Of a stretch of 64,000 nucleotides of DNA, positions 38,054-47,906 are shown piece by piece (the first letter of the stretch is position 1; the number at the start of each line of letters is the position of its first letter). Below the pieces are notes generated by a model, which had not been told where the DNA came from, did not search any database, and worked only from the letters and a program-made list of their open reading frames with translations. Made by a program: the position numbers and the translations under genes. Where the stretch lies: positions 384,001 to 448,000 of the forward strand of contig OZ219918.1 of NCBI GenBank assembly GCA_964291415.2. The letters are read 5' to 3'. This DNA comes from Alphaproteobacteria bacterium (lineage in GTDB: Bacteria; Pseudomonadota; Alphaproteobacteria; SP197).

Positions 38054-40036
38054 CTACGGTGTTCCGGCAGCGATGTCGGCGATGTCGCGGATGATGGCCG
38101 TGATGTCGTAGTCCCGTGGCGAGTAGGTTCTTGCCACACCGGCATGTCTTAGAAGCGGGATGTCGGCCTCGGGAATGATGCCGCCGACGACGATGGGAAC
38201 GGCCTCGCAGCCCTCCTCGTCCATGAGCCGCCGGATCTCCGTTACGAGGCGGATGTGGGCGCCCGAGAGAATGGAGAGTCCGACCACGTGCACGCTCTCC
38301 TCGACAGCGGATGAGGCGATCTGCTCGGGCGACAGCCTGATACCCTGGTAAACCACCTCGATACCGCAGTCGCGGGCGCGCAGGGCAATCTGCTCGGCGC
38401 CATTGGAGTGGCCGTCAAGCCCGGGCTTGCCGACCAGGAGCTTCAGCCTGCGACCCAGGACCTGCGACGCGCGTTCCACATGACGGCGGGCAGTGTCGAG
38501 GTCGCCGGTGGACACCGCCGGTGCCGCCGACAGTCCGGTGGGTGCCCGGTAGCCTCCGAAGACCTCGCGCAGGGCTCCGCCCCACTCTCCGGTGGTCACT
38601 CCCGCCCCGGCGCAGGCGATGGAGGGCTCCATGATGTTGCGGCCCTCGCGGGCAGCCGCCTTCAGGTCATCGAGGGCTGCGCTTGCCGCCCTGTCATCGC
38701 GGCTGGCACGCCATGCCGTCAGGCTGGCGATCTGTGACTCCTCGGCGTCATGCGAAACAGTCATGAACTCGTTGCCGGAGAGCGGCGAGGGTGCCGATTC
38801 GGTGAACACGTTGACGCCGACGACGGACGTTTCGCCTGATTCGATGGCGGCAAATCTCCTTGCGTTCGATTCGACGAGTCGCTGCTTCATGTAGCCTGAC
38901 TCAACGGCAGCGAGGGCGCCGCCGGCCCTGTTGATGACGTCGAGTTCCTCGAGGGCGGCCCGCTTCAAATCCTCGACCTTCGCTTCGATGGCGGCGTTGC
39001 CGTCGAAGATGTCGTCGAACTCCAGGAGATCGGTTTCCATGGCGACGATCTGCTGCAGGCGCAGGCTCCACTGCTGGTCCCATGGCCGCGGCAGACCGAG
39101 GGCCTCGTTCCATGCCGGCAACTGGACCGCGCGGGCCCGCGCCTTTCTTGACAGGGTCACCGCGAGCATCTCGAGGAGAATGCGGTAGACATTGTTTTCC
39201 GGCTGCTGTTCCGTCAGTCCCAGGGAGTTGACCTGGACGCCGTAGCGGAAGCGGCGGAACCTCGCATCCTCGATGCCGTAGCGCTTGAGCGTGATGTCGT
39301 CCCACAGCTCGGTGAAGGCCCGCATCTTGCACATTTCCGTGATGAACCGGATGCCGGCGTTGACGAAGAAGCTGACGCGCCCCACCACCCGGGCGAAGCC
39401 CTCGTCCGTCACCTCGCCCGATTCCCTGATCGCATCGAGGATGGCGATGGCGTTGGCCAGCGAGAAGGCAATCTCCTGAACCGGCGTCGCTCCGGCTTCC
39501 TGCAGGTGATAGGGGCAGACGTTGACAGGGTTCCAGGCGGGTGTTTCGCGAACCGAGAAGAGGATGGTGTCCGTCGTCAGCCTGAGAGAGGGTCCGGGCG
39601 GGAAAATATAGGTGCCGCGCGACAGGTACTCCTTGACGATGTCGTTCTGGATGGTCCCCTGGAGCGCCTTTCGGGCCACGCCGCGCCGGTCGGCAAGCGC
39701 GATGTAGAGGGCGAAGAGCCACGGCGCGGTGGCGTTGATCGTCATCGACGTGTTCATGCGTTCGAGAGGGATGCCGTCGAACAGAGTTTCCATGTCGCCG
39801 AGATGGGAGACCGGCACGCCGACCCGTCCGACCTCGCCGCGGGCGATGGCCTCGTCGGCGTCGTGGCCTGTCTGGGTCGGCAGATCAAAGGCCACAGACA
39901 GTCCCGTCTGTCCACGCTCCAGGTTCGTGCGGTAGAGCCGGTTGGAGTCCCGTGCCGTGCTGTGGCCGGAATAGGTCCGCATGAGCCACGGACGATCCCT
40001 GTTCCGGCCAGAACTGGGAGGGGACGAGCTTGTCAT
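38054..40036 (-). CDS. ecm: Ethylmalonyl-CoA mutase (MeaA/Ecm)
   Basis: 'RPWLMRTYSGHS', 'GLSVAFDLPTQ', B12 motif 'GLDGHSNG'; divergent from ccr. Confidence 0.93.
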   Translation of the reverse strand: MTSSSPPSSGRNRDRPWLMRTYSGHSTARDSNRLYRTNLERGQTGLSVAFDLPTQTGHDADEAIARGEVGRVGVPVSHLGDMETLFDGIPLERMNTSMTINATAPWLFALYIALADRRGVARKALQGTIQNDIVKEYLSRGTYIFPPGPSLRLTTDTILFSVRETPAWNPVNVCPYHLQEAGATPVQEIAFSLANAIAILDAIRESGEVTDEGFARVVGRVSFFVNAGIRFITEMCKMRAFTELWDDITLKRYGIEDARFRRFRYGVQVNSLGLTEQQPENNVYRILLEMLAVTLSRKARARAVQLPAWNEALGLPRPWDQQWSLRLQQIVAMETDLLEFDDIFDGNAAIEAKVEDLKRAALEELDVINRAGGALAAVESGYMKQRLVESNARRFAAIESGETSVVGVNVFTESAPSPLSGNEFMTVSHDAEESQIASLTAWRASRDDRAASAALDDLKAAAREGRNIMEPSIACAGAGVTTGEWGGALREVFGGYRAPTGLSAAPAVSTGDLDTARRHVERASQVLGRRLKLLVGKPGLDGHSNGAEQIALRARDCGIEVVYQGIRLSPEQIASSAVEESVHVVGLSILSGAHIRLVTEIRRLMDEEGCEAVPIVVGGIIPEADIPLLRHAGVARTYSPRDYDITAIIRDIADIAAGTP

Positions 40037-40142
40037 GACATCCATCCACGCACGGTCACCGGTCAATCATGCTGCGATGCAATAAACGTTGCAAATGCCC
40101 GGCAGGCCAAAAACAATGGGATTGCAGCCGCTTCCCCGTTGA

Positions 40143-40161
40143 CATGTTGCAATGCAACATG
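40143..40161. promoter_or_regulatory. Palindromic operator (PhaR-like TGC-N3-GCA) overlapping TTGACA in the ecm/ccr intergenic region
   Basis: catgttgca-a-tgcaacatg; second TGC-GAT-GCA at 40073-40081. Confidence 0.6.
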
Positions 40162-40195
40162 AAATTGACTGTGTTGAAACCGACTGGAGCAGATC

Positions 40196-41479
40196 ATGGT
40201 CATGGCAGCCGATGCGCCGTCCGGAGAGTACGAGGCGCCGATCAAGGATCTCTACGAACTTGGCGAGATCCCGCCGCTGGGACATGTTCCGGCCAACATG
40301 TATGCGTGGGCGATCCGCCGCGAACGCCATGGCGAACCCTCGACGGCGATGCAGGTGGAGGTGCTGCCGACGCACGAGATCGACAGCAACGAGGTCCTGG
40401 TTCTCGTGATGGCGGCAGGCGTCAACTACAACGGCGTGTGGGCCTCTCTCGGCGTTCCCATCAGTCCTTTCGACGTTCACAAGGGCGACGTCCACATTGC
40501 CGGGTCCGACGCCTCGGGAATTGTCTGGGCCGTCGGCTCCAGGGTGAAGCGCTGGAAGGTCGGTGACGAGGTCGTCATCCACTGCAACCAGGACGATGGC
40601 GATGACGAGGAATGCAACGGTGGCGATCCGATGTATTCCACCAGCCAGCGCATCTGGGGCTATGAGACCGGTGATGGCAGCTTCGCCCAGTTCACCCGTG
40701 TCCAGGCCCAGCAGCTCATGGCCCGTCCGCGCCACCTCACCTGGGAAGAGTCGGCCTGCTATACCCTGACCCTGGCGACGGCCTACCGCATGCTGTTCGG
40801 CCACCGGCCGCATATCCTCAGGCCCGGCCACAACGTGCTGGTGTGGGGCGCCTCGGGAGGCCTTGGATCCTATGCCGTCCAGCTGATCGCCACCGCCGGC
40901 GCCAATGCCATCGGCGTCATCAGCGACGATGAGAAGGCCGACTTCGTGATGTCGCTCGGTGCGCGCGGCGTCATCAACCGGAAGGACTACGACTGCTGGG
41001 GCCGGCTGCCGGAGGTCTCGGATACCGCGGCCTATGCCGCCTACATGAAGAAGTGCCGGGAGTTCGGCAAGGCCATCTGGTCCTTCACCGGCAAGGGCAA
41101 CGATGTCGACTTCGTCTTCGAACACCCGGGCGAGTCGACGTTCCCGGTCTCGTGTTTTGTCGTCAAGCGCGGTGGCATGGTGGTGTTCTGTGCCGGGACC
41201 ACCGGATACAACATCACCTTCGATGCCCGCTTCGTGTGGATGCGCCAGAAGCGCATCCAGGGCAGCCATTTTGCCAACCTCATGCAGGCGGCACAGGCGA
41301 ACCGGCTGATGCTGGAACGCCGGCTCGATCCCTGCATGTCGGAAGTCTTCTCGTGGGACGACATTCCCCGCGCCCACATGAAGATGCGGGCCAACGAGCA
41401 CAAGCCGGGTAACATGGCGGTTCTCGTGCAGTCCCCGCGACCGGGCTTGCGCACCCTCGAGGACGTCCTCGAAGGCTAG
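40196..41479 (+). CDS. ccrA: Crotonyl-CoA carboxylase/reductase
   Basis: 'KDLYELGEIPPLGHVP', 'GVNYNGVW', 'IWGYET', 'WMRQKRIQGSHFAN'. Confidence 0.97.
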   Translation: MVMAADAPSGEYEAPIKDLYELGEIPPLGHVPANMYAWAIRRERHGEPSTAMQVEVLPTHEIDSNEVLVLVMAAGVNYNGVWASLGVPISPFDVHKGDVHIAGSDASGIVWAVGSRVKRWKVGDEVVIHCNQDDGDDEECNGGDPMYSTSQRIWGYETGDGSFAQFTRVQAQQLMARPRHLTWEESACYTLTLATAYRMLFGHRPHILRPGHNVLVWGASGGLGSYAVQLIATAGANAIGVISDDEKADFVMSLGARGVINRKDYDCWGRLPEVSDTAAYAAYMKKCREFGKAIWSFTGKGNDVDFVFEHPGESTFPVSCFVVKRGGMVVFCAGTTGYNITFDARFVWMRQKRIQGSHFANLMQAAQANRLMLERRLDPCMSEVFSWDDIPRAHMKMRANEHKPGNMAVLVQSPRPGLRTLEDVLEG

Positions 41480-41486
41480 GGGCCGG

Positions 41487-43118
41487 ATGAACGCCGACGC
41501 TCTTCTCTCACGCTGCCGTGGCGCCCTTGACGCCGCCGACCGGGTTCTCGGCGCGGCCCGCGCAGGCGTCAGGGGCATGGTGGCTGATGACGGCGGCGCC
41601 ATCGATTCATGCCAGCATGCGGTCCACGGCCTTGCCTGGGTGGCGACCTGTGTCGAGAGCCTGCGCCAGATGCTCCACTGGGCCGAAACCCTGGAGCCGG
41701 AGGGACGGTTCGGCGAAACGGAACAGCTTGTCCTCGACTGCGCCTTCCAGGAGTCCCTCGCCCAGCTGACCGGCGGCATCGCCATGAGCCAGGGGGAAAT
41801 CGTGCGCCTGCGTGACCTTGCGGTCGGCGGCGACGATCTCCATGCCTTGTGGACCGAAGACGTGGCGGATCTGATCAACCGCGGATCGACGAAGGAGAGC
41901 CTCTCCCGGCTCGCTCTCCATCTGGGCGAAGGACGCGTCGCCGACACCGGACTCGAGGGCGATCTTGTCATGGTCCGCGACCAGTTCCGCCGCTACGCCG
42001 ACGAGCGCATCAGGCCCAGGGCGCACGCCTGGCACCTTGGCGACGAACTGATTCCCCTCGAGGTCCTCCGGGAACTCGCCGATCTCGGCGTCTTCGGGCT
42101 GTCCGTGCCTGCCGAGCACGGCGGCCTGGGTCTTTCCAAGGTGGCGATGTGCGTGGTCACCGAGGAGCTCTCGCGCGGTTACATCGGCGTCGGCTCGCTT
42201 GGCACGCGCACCGAGATTGCTGCCGAACTCATCATCACCGGCGGCACGCCCGAACAGCAGCAGCGATGGCTCCCGGGGATCGTGTCCGGGGACATCATCC
42301 CGACTGCGGTCTTCACGGAGCCCGGCACGGGCTCGGATCTCGGCAGTCTCGCGACCCGCGCGGTGCGCGACGGCGATCGCTACCACGTCACCGGCAACAA
42401 GACCTGGATCACCCATGCTGCCCGCGCCGATCTCATGACTCTCCTGGCGCGCACCGACGCGGATGAACCGGGCTACCGGGGCTTGAGCATGTTCCTGGCC
42501 GAAAAGCCGCGCGGCACCGAGGACGACCCGTTTCCCGCTCCCGGCATGTCGGGTGGCGAGATCGGCGTTCTGGGCTATCGCGGCATGAAGGAGTACGAGA
42601 TCGGTTTCGACCGTTTCGAGGTTCCGGCCGGGAACCTGCTTGGCGGCGAAGAGGGCAGGGGGTTCAAGCAACTCATGGCGACGTTCGAATCAGCGCGCAT
42701 CCAGACCGCAGCCCGGGCTACCGGGGTGGCGCAGGCCGCTCTTGAAGCGGGCCTGGCCTATGCCCTGGAGCGCCACCAGTTCGGCCGCGCCATCGCCGGT
42801 TTCCCGCGGGTTGCCAACAAGCTTGCATGGATGGCCGTCGAGACGATGATGTCCCGTCAGCTGTGCTGGTACGCGGCGCGCCGCAAGGACTCCGGCCGGC
42901 GCTGCGATCTCGAGGCGGGCATGGCCAAGCTTCTCGGCGCCCGGGTGGCCTGGTCGGCGGCCGACAACACCCTGCAGATCCATGGCGGCAACGGCTACGC
43001 CCTCGAGTACGAGGCAAGCCGGCTGCTGTGCGACGCCCGTATCCTCAACATCTTCGAAGGCGCGGCGGAAATCCAGGCGCAGGTGATCGCCAGGCGCCTG
43101 CTTGCCGCGGCGAACTGA
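41487..43118 (+). CDS. mcd: (2S)-methylsuccinyl-CoA dehydrogenase (acyl-CoA dehydrogenase)
   Basis: N-terminal extension 'QHAVHGLAWVAT', 'VFTEPGTGSDL', 'GNKTWITH', 'IFEGAAEIQ'; next to ccr. Confidence 0.9.
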   Translation: MNADALLSRCRGALDAADRVLGAARAGVRGMVADDGGAIDSCQHAVHGLAWVATCVESLRQMLHWAETLEPEGRFGETEQLVLDCAFQESLAQLTGGIAMSQGEIVRLRDLAVGGDDLHALWTEDVADLINRGSTKESLSRLALHLGEGRVADTGLEGDLVMVRDQFRRYADERIRPRAHAWHLGDELIPLEVLRELADLGVFGLSVPAEHGGLGLSKVAMCVVTEELSRGYIGVGSLGTRTEIAAELIITGGTPEQQQRWLPGIVSGDIIPTAVFTEPGTGSDLGSLATRAVRDGDRYHVTGNKTWITHAARADLMTLLARTDADEPGYRGLSMFLAEKPRGTEDDPFPAPGMSGGEIGVLGYRGMKEYEIGFDRFEVPAGNLLGGEEGRGFKQLMATFESARIQTAARATGVAQAALEAGLAYALERHQFGRAIAGFPRVANKLAWMAVETMMSRQLCWYAARRKDSGRRCDLEAGMAKLLGARVAWSAADNTLQIHGGNGYALEYEASRLLCDARILNIFEGAAEIQAQVIARRLLAAAN

Positions 43119-43146
43119 TCATGGCGGGACGGCGCGAGGTGACGCC

Positions 43147-43344
43147 ATGAACTGGATTGGCTATGCGATTCTGGGCTTTGTCGCCCTCACCCTCATCGCC
43201 CTCTTCGTCGGCATCGGCGGGTTTGCCCGCGGAGGCGAGTTCAACCGGCGTCACGGCAACCGCATGATGCGCTTTCGCGTGGGATTTCAGCTGGCTGCTC
43301 TGGTCCTTCTCGCCATCATGTTTCTCGTCATGCAGGGAGGGTAG
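43147..43344 (+). CDS. Twin-transmembrane-helix small protein (HIG1-like)
   Basis: 'GGEFNRRHGNRMMRFRVGFQ' between two TM helices; usual position before pduO-etf. Confidence 0.88.
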   Translation: MNWIGYAILGFVALTLIALFVGIGGFARGGEFNRRHGNRMMRFRVGFQLAALVLLAIMFLVMQGG

Positions 43345-43348
43345 AACC

Positions 43349-43918
43349 ATCGTCAGACTGGACAGGATCTATACCCGCGGCGGAGACCGGGGCGAGACAT
43401 CCCTGGGTGACGGCAGTCGGGTGGCCAAGCACGCTCTCAGGATCGAGGCCTTCGGCACCGTGGATGAGGCGAACTCCGTGATCGGCCTTGCCAGGGTGCA
43501 CGCGGAAGGGGACTGCGACGCGATGCTGGCGCGCATCCAGAACGATCTCTTCGATCTCGGAGCCGATCTCGCCGTGCCCGAGGAGGGCCGCCGCGGTGCG
43601 GGGGCGCTGCGCATCGTTCCCGCCCAGGTGGCGCGTCTCGAGAGTGAAATCGACGCCATGAACGCCAGCCTCGAACCGCTGACCTCATTCATCCTGCCGG
43701 GAGGATCCGATGTTTCGGCATGGCTTCACCTGGCGCGCACGGTGGTCCGCCGGGCCGAACGCCTGATCACCGCGCTTTCCCTTGAGGAGACCGTCAATCC
43801 GGCGGTTCTCGAGTACACCAACCGGCTCTCCGATCACCTCTTCGTGATGGCGCGCCGACTCAACGACAACGGTCGCGCCGATCATCTGTGGGCTCCCGGC
43901 GCCACCCGGGACGGGTGA
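43349..43918 (+). CDS. pduO: Cob(I)alamin adenosyltransferase, PduO type (start codon reads ATC)
   Basis: 'IYTRGGDRGETSLGDG', 'GTVDEANS', 'QNDLFDLGADL', 'RRAER', 'NRLSD'. Confidence 0.9.
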   Translation: MVRLDRIYTRGGDRGETSLGDGSRVAKHALRIEAFGTVDEANSVIGLARVHAEGDCDAMLARIQNDLFDLGADLAVPEEGRRGAGALRIVPAQVARLESEIDAMNASLEPLTSFILPGGSDVSAWLHLARTVVRRAERLITALSLEETVNPAVLEYTNRLSDHLFVMARRLNDNGRADHLWAPGATRDG

Positions 43919-44037
43919 GCCGGAATGCGCCGACGTTGCGTTGACTCCGGCAATCGAGCGGTCTTAGTGTGCGCTGCGAAATCCTGCCGCGGATTCCGGT
44001 TCATCCCTGTCACAACAAGCGCCTGGAGAGGCACGCC

Positions 44038-44787
44038 ATGAAAGTGCTCGTCCCGGTCAAGCGGGTCATTGATTACAACGTGAAAGTGCGCGTCAAGGCC
44101 GACCGTTCGGGCGTCGACCTTGCCAACGTCAAGATGTCGATGAATCCCTTCGACGAGATTGCCGTCGAGGAGGCGATCCGCATGAAGGAGGCGGGAACCG
44201 CCACCGAGGTGATCGCCCTCTCGCTGGGACCGACCCAGAGTCAGGAAACCCTGCGCACGGCGCTGGCCATGGGTGCCGATCGGGCCATTCATGTCGTTCA
44301 CGACGGTGACCTTGAGCCGCTTGCCGTGGCCAAGATGATTGCCCGCATCGTCGCCGAGGAGTCGCCCGATGTGGTCATCCTCGGCAAGCAGGCGATTGAC
44401 GACGATGCCAACCAGACCGGCCAGATGCTTGCCGGGCTGCTGGGCTGGGCCCAGGGCACATTCGTCTCGAAGGTCGAGGCTGCGAACGGTTCTCTGAAGG
44501 TCGTGCGCGAGGTCGATGGCGGGCTCGAGTCGGTGACGCTGACGCTGCCGGCCATTATCACCGTGGACCTCAGGCTCAATGATCCGCGATACGCGTCACT
44601 TCCCAACATCATGAAGGCGCGCAAGAAGGAGATTGCCAAGCGTACGCCCGACGAACTCGGGATCGACGTGACACCCCGCCTTAAGGTGGTCAGTGTCGAG
44701 GAACCGCCGCGCCGCAAGGCCGGCATCAAGGTCGGTTCCGTCGGGGAACTGGTGGACAGGCTGCAGAACGACGCCGGAGCGATCTGA
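44038..44787 (+). CDS. etfB: Electron transfer flavoprotein beta subunit
   Basis: '[16 protein letters not shown]', '[11 protein letters not shown]', 'GKQAIDDD', '[10 protein letters not shown]'. Confidence 0.97.
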   Translation: MKVLVPVKRVIDYNVKVRVKADRSGVDLANVKMSMNPFDEIAVEEAIRMKEAGTATEVIALSLGPTQSQETLRTALAMGADRAIHVVHDGDLEPLAVAKMIARIVAEESPDVVILGKQAIDDDANQTGQMLAGLLGWAQGTFVSKVEAANGSLKVVREVDGGLESVTLTLPAIITVDLRLNDPRYASLPNIMKARKKEIAKRTPDELGIDVTPRLKVVSVEEPPRRKAGIKVGSVGELVDRLQNDAGAI

Positions 44788-44788
44788 C

Positions 44789-45742
44789 ATGGCGATACTG
44801 GTCTATGCGGAACACGACAATCAGGAACTTGCGGCGGCCACCGGGAGTGCCGTGACGGCCGCCCGGGAAATGGGCGGCGACATCACCGTCCTGGTGGCGG
44901 GCAGCGGTTGCGGTGCGGTGGCCGAAGCCGCTTCCCGCATGTCCGGCATCGCCCGGGTTCTTCTTGCCGACGAGGCGCCGCTCGAGGCGCAGCTTGCCGA
45001 GAACGTTGCCCCGCTCATCGCCCAGCTGGCGCCGGACTACAGCCATGTCGTGGCGCCGGCCACCACCACCGGCAAGAACATCATGCCGCGGGCCGCGGCG
45101 CTTCTCGACAAGCAGCAGGTCTCGGACATCACCGAGGTGGCTGATGCCGATACCTTCGTGCGCCCGATCTACGCCGGCAACGCCATGGCGACCGTCCAGT
45201 CGACCGACGACATCGTGTTTGTGACAGTTCGAACGACGGCCTTCGACGCCGCCGAGGAGAGCGACACGGCGGTTCCCGTCGAGGCGGTGGCGGGCGCGGC
45301 CGATGCCGGTCTCTCCAGCTTCGAGGGCGCCGCGCTTTCCGGTAGCGAACGCCCGGAACTGACCACGGCCCGCGTGGTCATCTCGGGTGGCCGTGGCATG
45401 AAGTCCGGTGACAACTTCGCCATGCTCGAGGAGGTGGCGGACATTCTCGGAGCGGCCGTCGGCGCCAGCCGGGCCGCTGTCGATGCCGGCTACGTGCCCA
45501 ACGACTACCAGGTGGGACAGACCGGAAAGGTGGTGGCGCCGGAACTCTATCTTGCCGTCGGCATCTCGGGCGCCATCCAGCACCTGGCCGGCATGAAGGA
45601 CAGCAAGGTCATCGCCTGTATCAACAAGGACGAGGAGGCGCCGATCTTCCAGGTTGCCGACTTCGGTCTGGTTGCGGACCTCTTCGATGCCGTTCCCGAA
45701 CTGAAGGCCGAGCTGGAGCAGAGAGGCATCCAGCCGCGGTGA
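44789..45742 (+). CDS. etfA: Electron transfer flavoprotein alpha subunit
   Basis: 'RPIYAGNA', 'SGGRG', '[27 protein letters not shown]'. Confidence 0.97.
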   Translation: MAILVYAEHDNQELAAATGSAVTAAREMGGDITVLVAGSGCGAVAEAASRMSGIARVLLADEAPLEAQLAENVAPLIAQLAPDYSHVVAPATTTGKNIMPRAAALLDKQQVSDITEVADADTFVRPIYAGNAMATVQSTDDIVFVTVRTTAFDAAEESDTAVPVEAVAGAADAGLSSFEGAALSGSERPELTTARVVISGGRGMKSGDNFAMLEEVADILGAAVGASRAAVDAGYVPNDYQVGQTGKVVAPELYLAVGISGAIQHLAGMKDSKVIACINKDEEAPIFQVADFGLVADLFDAVPELKAELEQRGIQPR

Positions 45743-45763
45743 CCGGGGGATAGGCCATTGGGC

Positions 45764-46639
45764 ATGGAGATCAGGAGCATAGGCGTGATCGGTGCCGGCC
45801 AGATGGGTTCGGGAATTGCCCACGTCTGTGCCCTGGCGGGATACGACATCCTGGTTATCGACATGTCGCGGGACCTCGCGGAAGCCGGCGTCGAGGTGGT
45901 GCGCTCCAACATGGAGCGTCAGCTGCGGCGCGGTGTCATCGACCAGGAACAGATGGATGCCGCGCTCGGCCGCATTGCCGTGGTCGACTCCTATGCCGGA
46001 CTGGCTGACTGCGACTGCGTCATCGAGGCCGCCACCGAGAACGAGAAGGTCAAGAAGGAGATTCTCGCCGAACTGACATCGTCCCTCAAGGCGGACGCCA
46101 TCATCTGCACCAACACATCGTCGATTCCCATCACGCGTCTTGCGGCGGCCACCGACAGGCCGGAGAAGTTCATGGGCATGCATTTCATGAACCCGGTGCC
46201 GATGATGAACCTGGTGGAACTGATCCGCGGGCTGGCCACCGATGTCGAGACCTTCGATACCATCCGCAATCTGACGCTGGAACTCGGCAAGGTGCCGGCC
46301 AACGCCGAGGATTTCCCGGCCTTCATCGTCAACCGCATCCTGCTGCCGATGATCAACGAGGCGGTCTACGCCCTTTACGAGGGCGTCGGCACCGTCGAGT
46401 CCATCGATACGGCGATGCGGCTCGGCGCCAACCATCCCATGGGCCCGCTCGAACTCGCCGACTTCATCGGCCTCGATATCTGCTATTCCGTCATGCAGGT
46501 GCTCTATGACGGCCTCGCGGACACCAAGTACCGCCCGTGTCCCCTGCTCGCCAAGTATGTCGAGGCAGGCTGGCTCGGCCGCAAGTCCGGCCGCGGCTTC
46601 TACGACTACTCAGGCGAAGACCCGGTCCCGACGCGCTGA
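45764..46639 (+). CDS. hbd: 3-hydroxybutyryl-CoA dehydrogenase
   Basis: '[10 protein letters not shown]', 'NTSSI', 'GMHFMNP', 'HPMGPL.LAD.IGLD'. Confidence 0.95.
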   Translation: MEIRSIGVIGAGQMGSGIAHVCALAGYDILVIDMSRDLAEAGVEVVRSNMERQLRRGVIDQEQMDAALGRIAVVDSYAGLADCDCVIEAATENEKVKKEILAELTSSLKADAIICTNTSSIPITRLAAATDRPEKFMGMHFMNPVPMMNLVELIRGLATDVETFDTIRNLTLELGKVPANAEDFPAFIVNRILLPMINEAVYALYEGVGTVESIDTAMRLGANHPMGPLELADFIGLDICYSVMQVLYDGLADTKYRPCPLLAKYVEAGWLGRKSGRGFYDYSGEDPVPTR

Positions 46640-46858
46640 TTGCTCCTGGTTGTGGTGCTTGCGGGGCTTCATCGCGCCGGCCTTGATCCCGACCGCGCGT
46701 TGCATGACGTGAATCTGAAGGAACGATCAGCGTCGTCACGAACGACCGTGACGGCTCGGCTGGCCCGTTCGGCCTATGCGTGACGGAACTGCTGCCTGGT
46801 ACGGGTCGAGAGGCGTGGGTGGCGGAGGTATGCCATGCGAGGGCGTATCGCCCGCCAC

Positions 46859-47110
46859 TCAACCATCGGAGTCGAACAGCCGGCGGAAGGCAGCCTCGGA
46901 TTGCGCCAATCCCGCATCAGTCAGGGCCACGGACTTCGCCTTGCTCACAGGATTGGAGATCAGCTCCTTCTCGTGAAGCCGTTCCATTGTGGACCAGTCG
47001 AACGATTTCCACGTCCGTGCGCCGCCCATGGGATGGCGCTCGAATATCCCGAGGTAGAGCAGCGCAAGCACCGCTTCATCGATCCTGTCGTTCACCCGGT
47101 CGTCGCTCAT
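46859..47110 (-). CDS. Small conserved protein (DUF6429-like)
   Basis: 'IDEAVLALLYL', 'RTWKSFDW...RLHEK.LISNP..KAKSV.LT..G'. Confidence 0.8.
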   Translation of the reverse strand: MSDDRVNDRIDEAVLALLYLGIFERHPMGGARTWKSFDWSTMERLHEKELISNPVSKAKSVALTDAGLAQSEAAFRRLFDSDG

Positions 47111-47469
47111 CGTGACTGTGTGGCCCTGTCCTCTCCGTCAGCATACCCTGACACTCGTCGTCATGGCGAACACCTTCATTGCGAGGTCATCGCCTATTCG
47201 GCGATGCGCATGGCGCGCCTGCCGACGATCAACAACACGGGGCTGGCCGCGCTCGCGGGAGAACTGCACTGCTTCCATGCGTGCTCAGGCGCGGCCCCGA
47301 TCCCGAGGCACTGGCCTTCTTCGGTGTCCAGGGTCGCTGGCGCCGTTCATCCGCAAGGCCCCGGCGGCCGTCAAAAGGGATGTGGCCGGGCGGGATCCGG
47401 CACGAGCCTCGCAGCCTGCCAATGTCCTTCCCGTTGCAGCGACCGCTCATCACTCGCTACCTTGTTCGC

Positions 47470-47815
47470 ATGCGATCGCTCGACATCACGGTTCTGCACA
47501 GCAAATTGAGCGAGTACGTCCGGCGAAACGGTTTTCGTGACCAACGGCGATCAGGTCGTCGCGCAGCTTGGTCCGCTGAGGGAGACCCGGAACCCGCGTC
47601 GACGCCTTTCTGGCCGAGGCGGAGCGCTCCGGCGTGCTGTCGCCGCCAAGCCCGCCCCTGTCGCCACGCTCGATGAAGTTCTGGCCGTTCTCGACGAGAG
47701 CCGATGCGACCGATGATCTGCATCGACACGACCGTCGCGTTCGCGCATCGTCTTGCCGAGGGCCGCCAGCCCCCTGTTCGCTCTGGGAGAAGGCCCTGTC
47801 TTGCAGCCGCCGGAC
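47470..47815 (+). pseudogene. Decayed Phd/YefM antitoxin + PIN toxin pair
   Basis: Frameshifted pieces MRSLDITVLHSKLSEYV / GETVFVTNGDQVVAQL / VDAFLAEAERSGVL / VATLDEVLAVLDESR*; ATGA overlap with MICIDTTVAFAH.LAE... Confidence 0.75.
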
Positions 47816-47906
47816 GGACCGGCTGGCCGAAAGCCTGCGGATTGGCGGCACGCTGGCTGACCGAGCGTGTACGTCCGTGTCGGTGCCGATCCTCGGCGCT
47901 CCGGCG

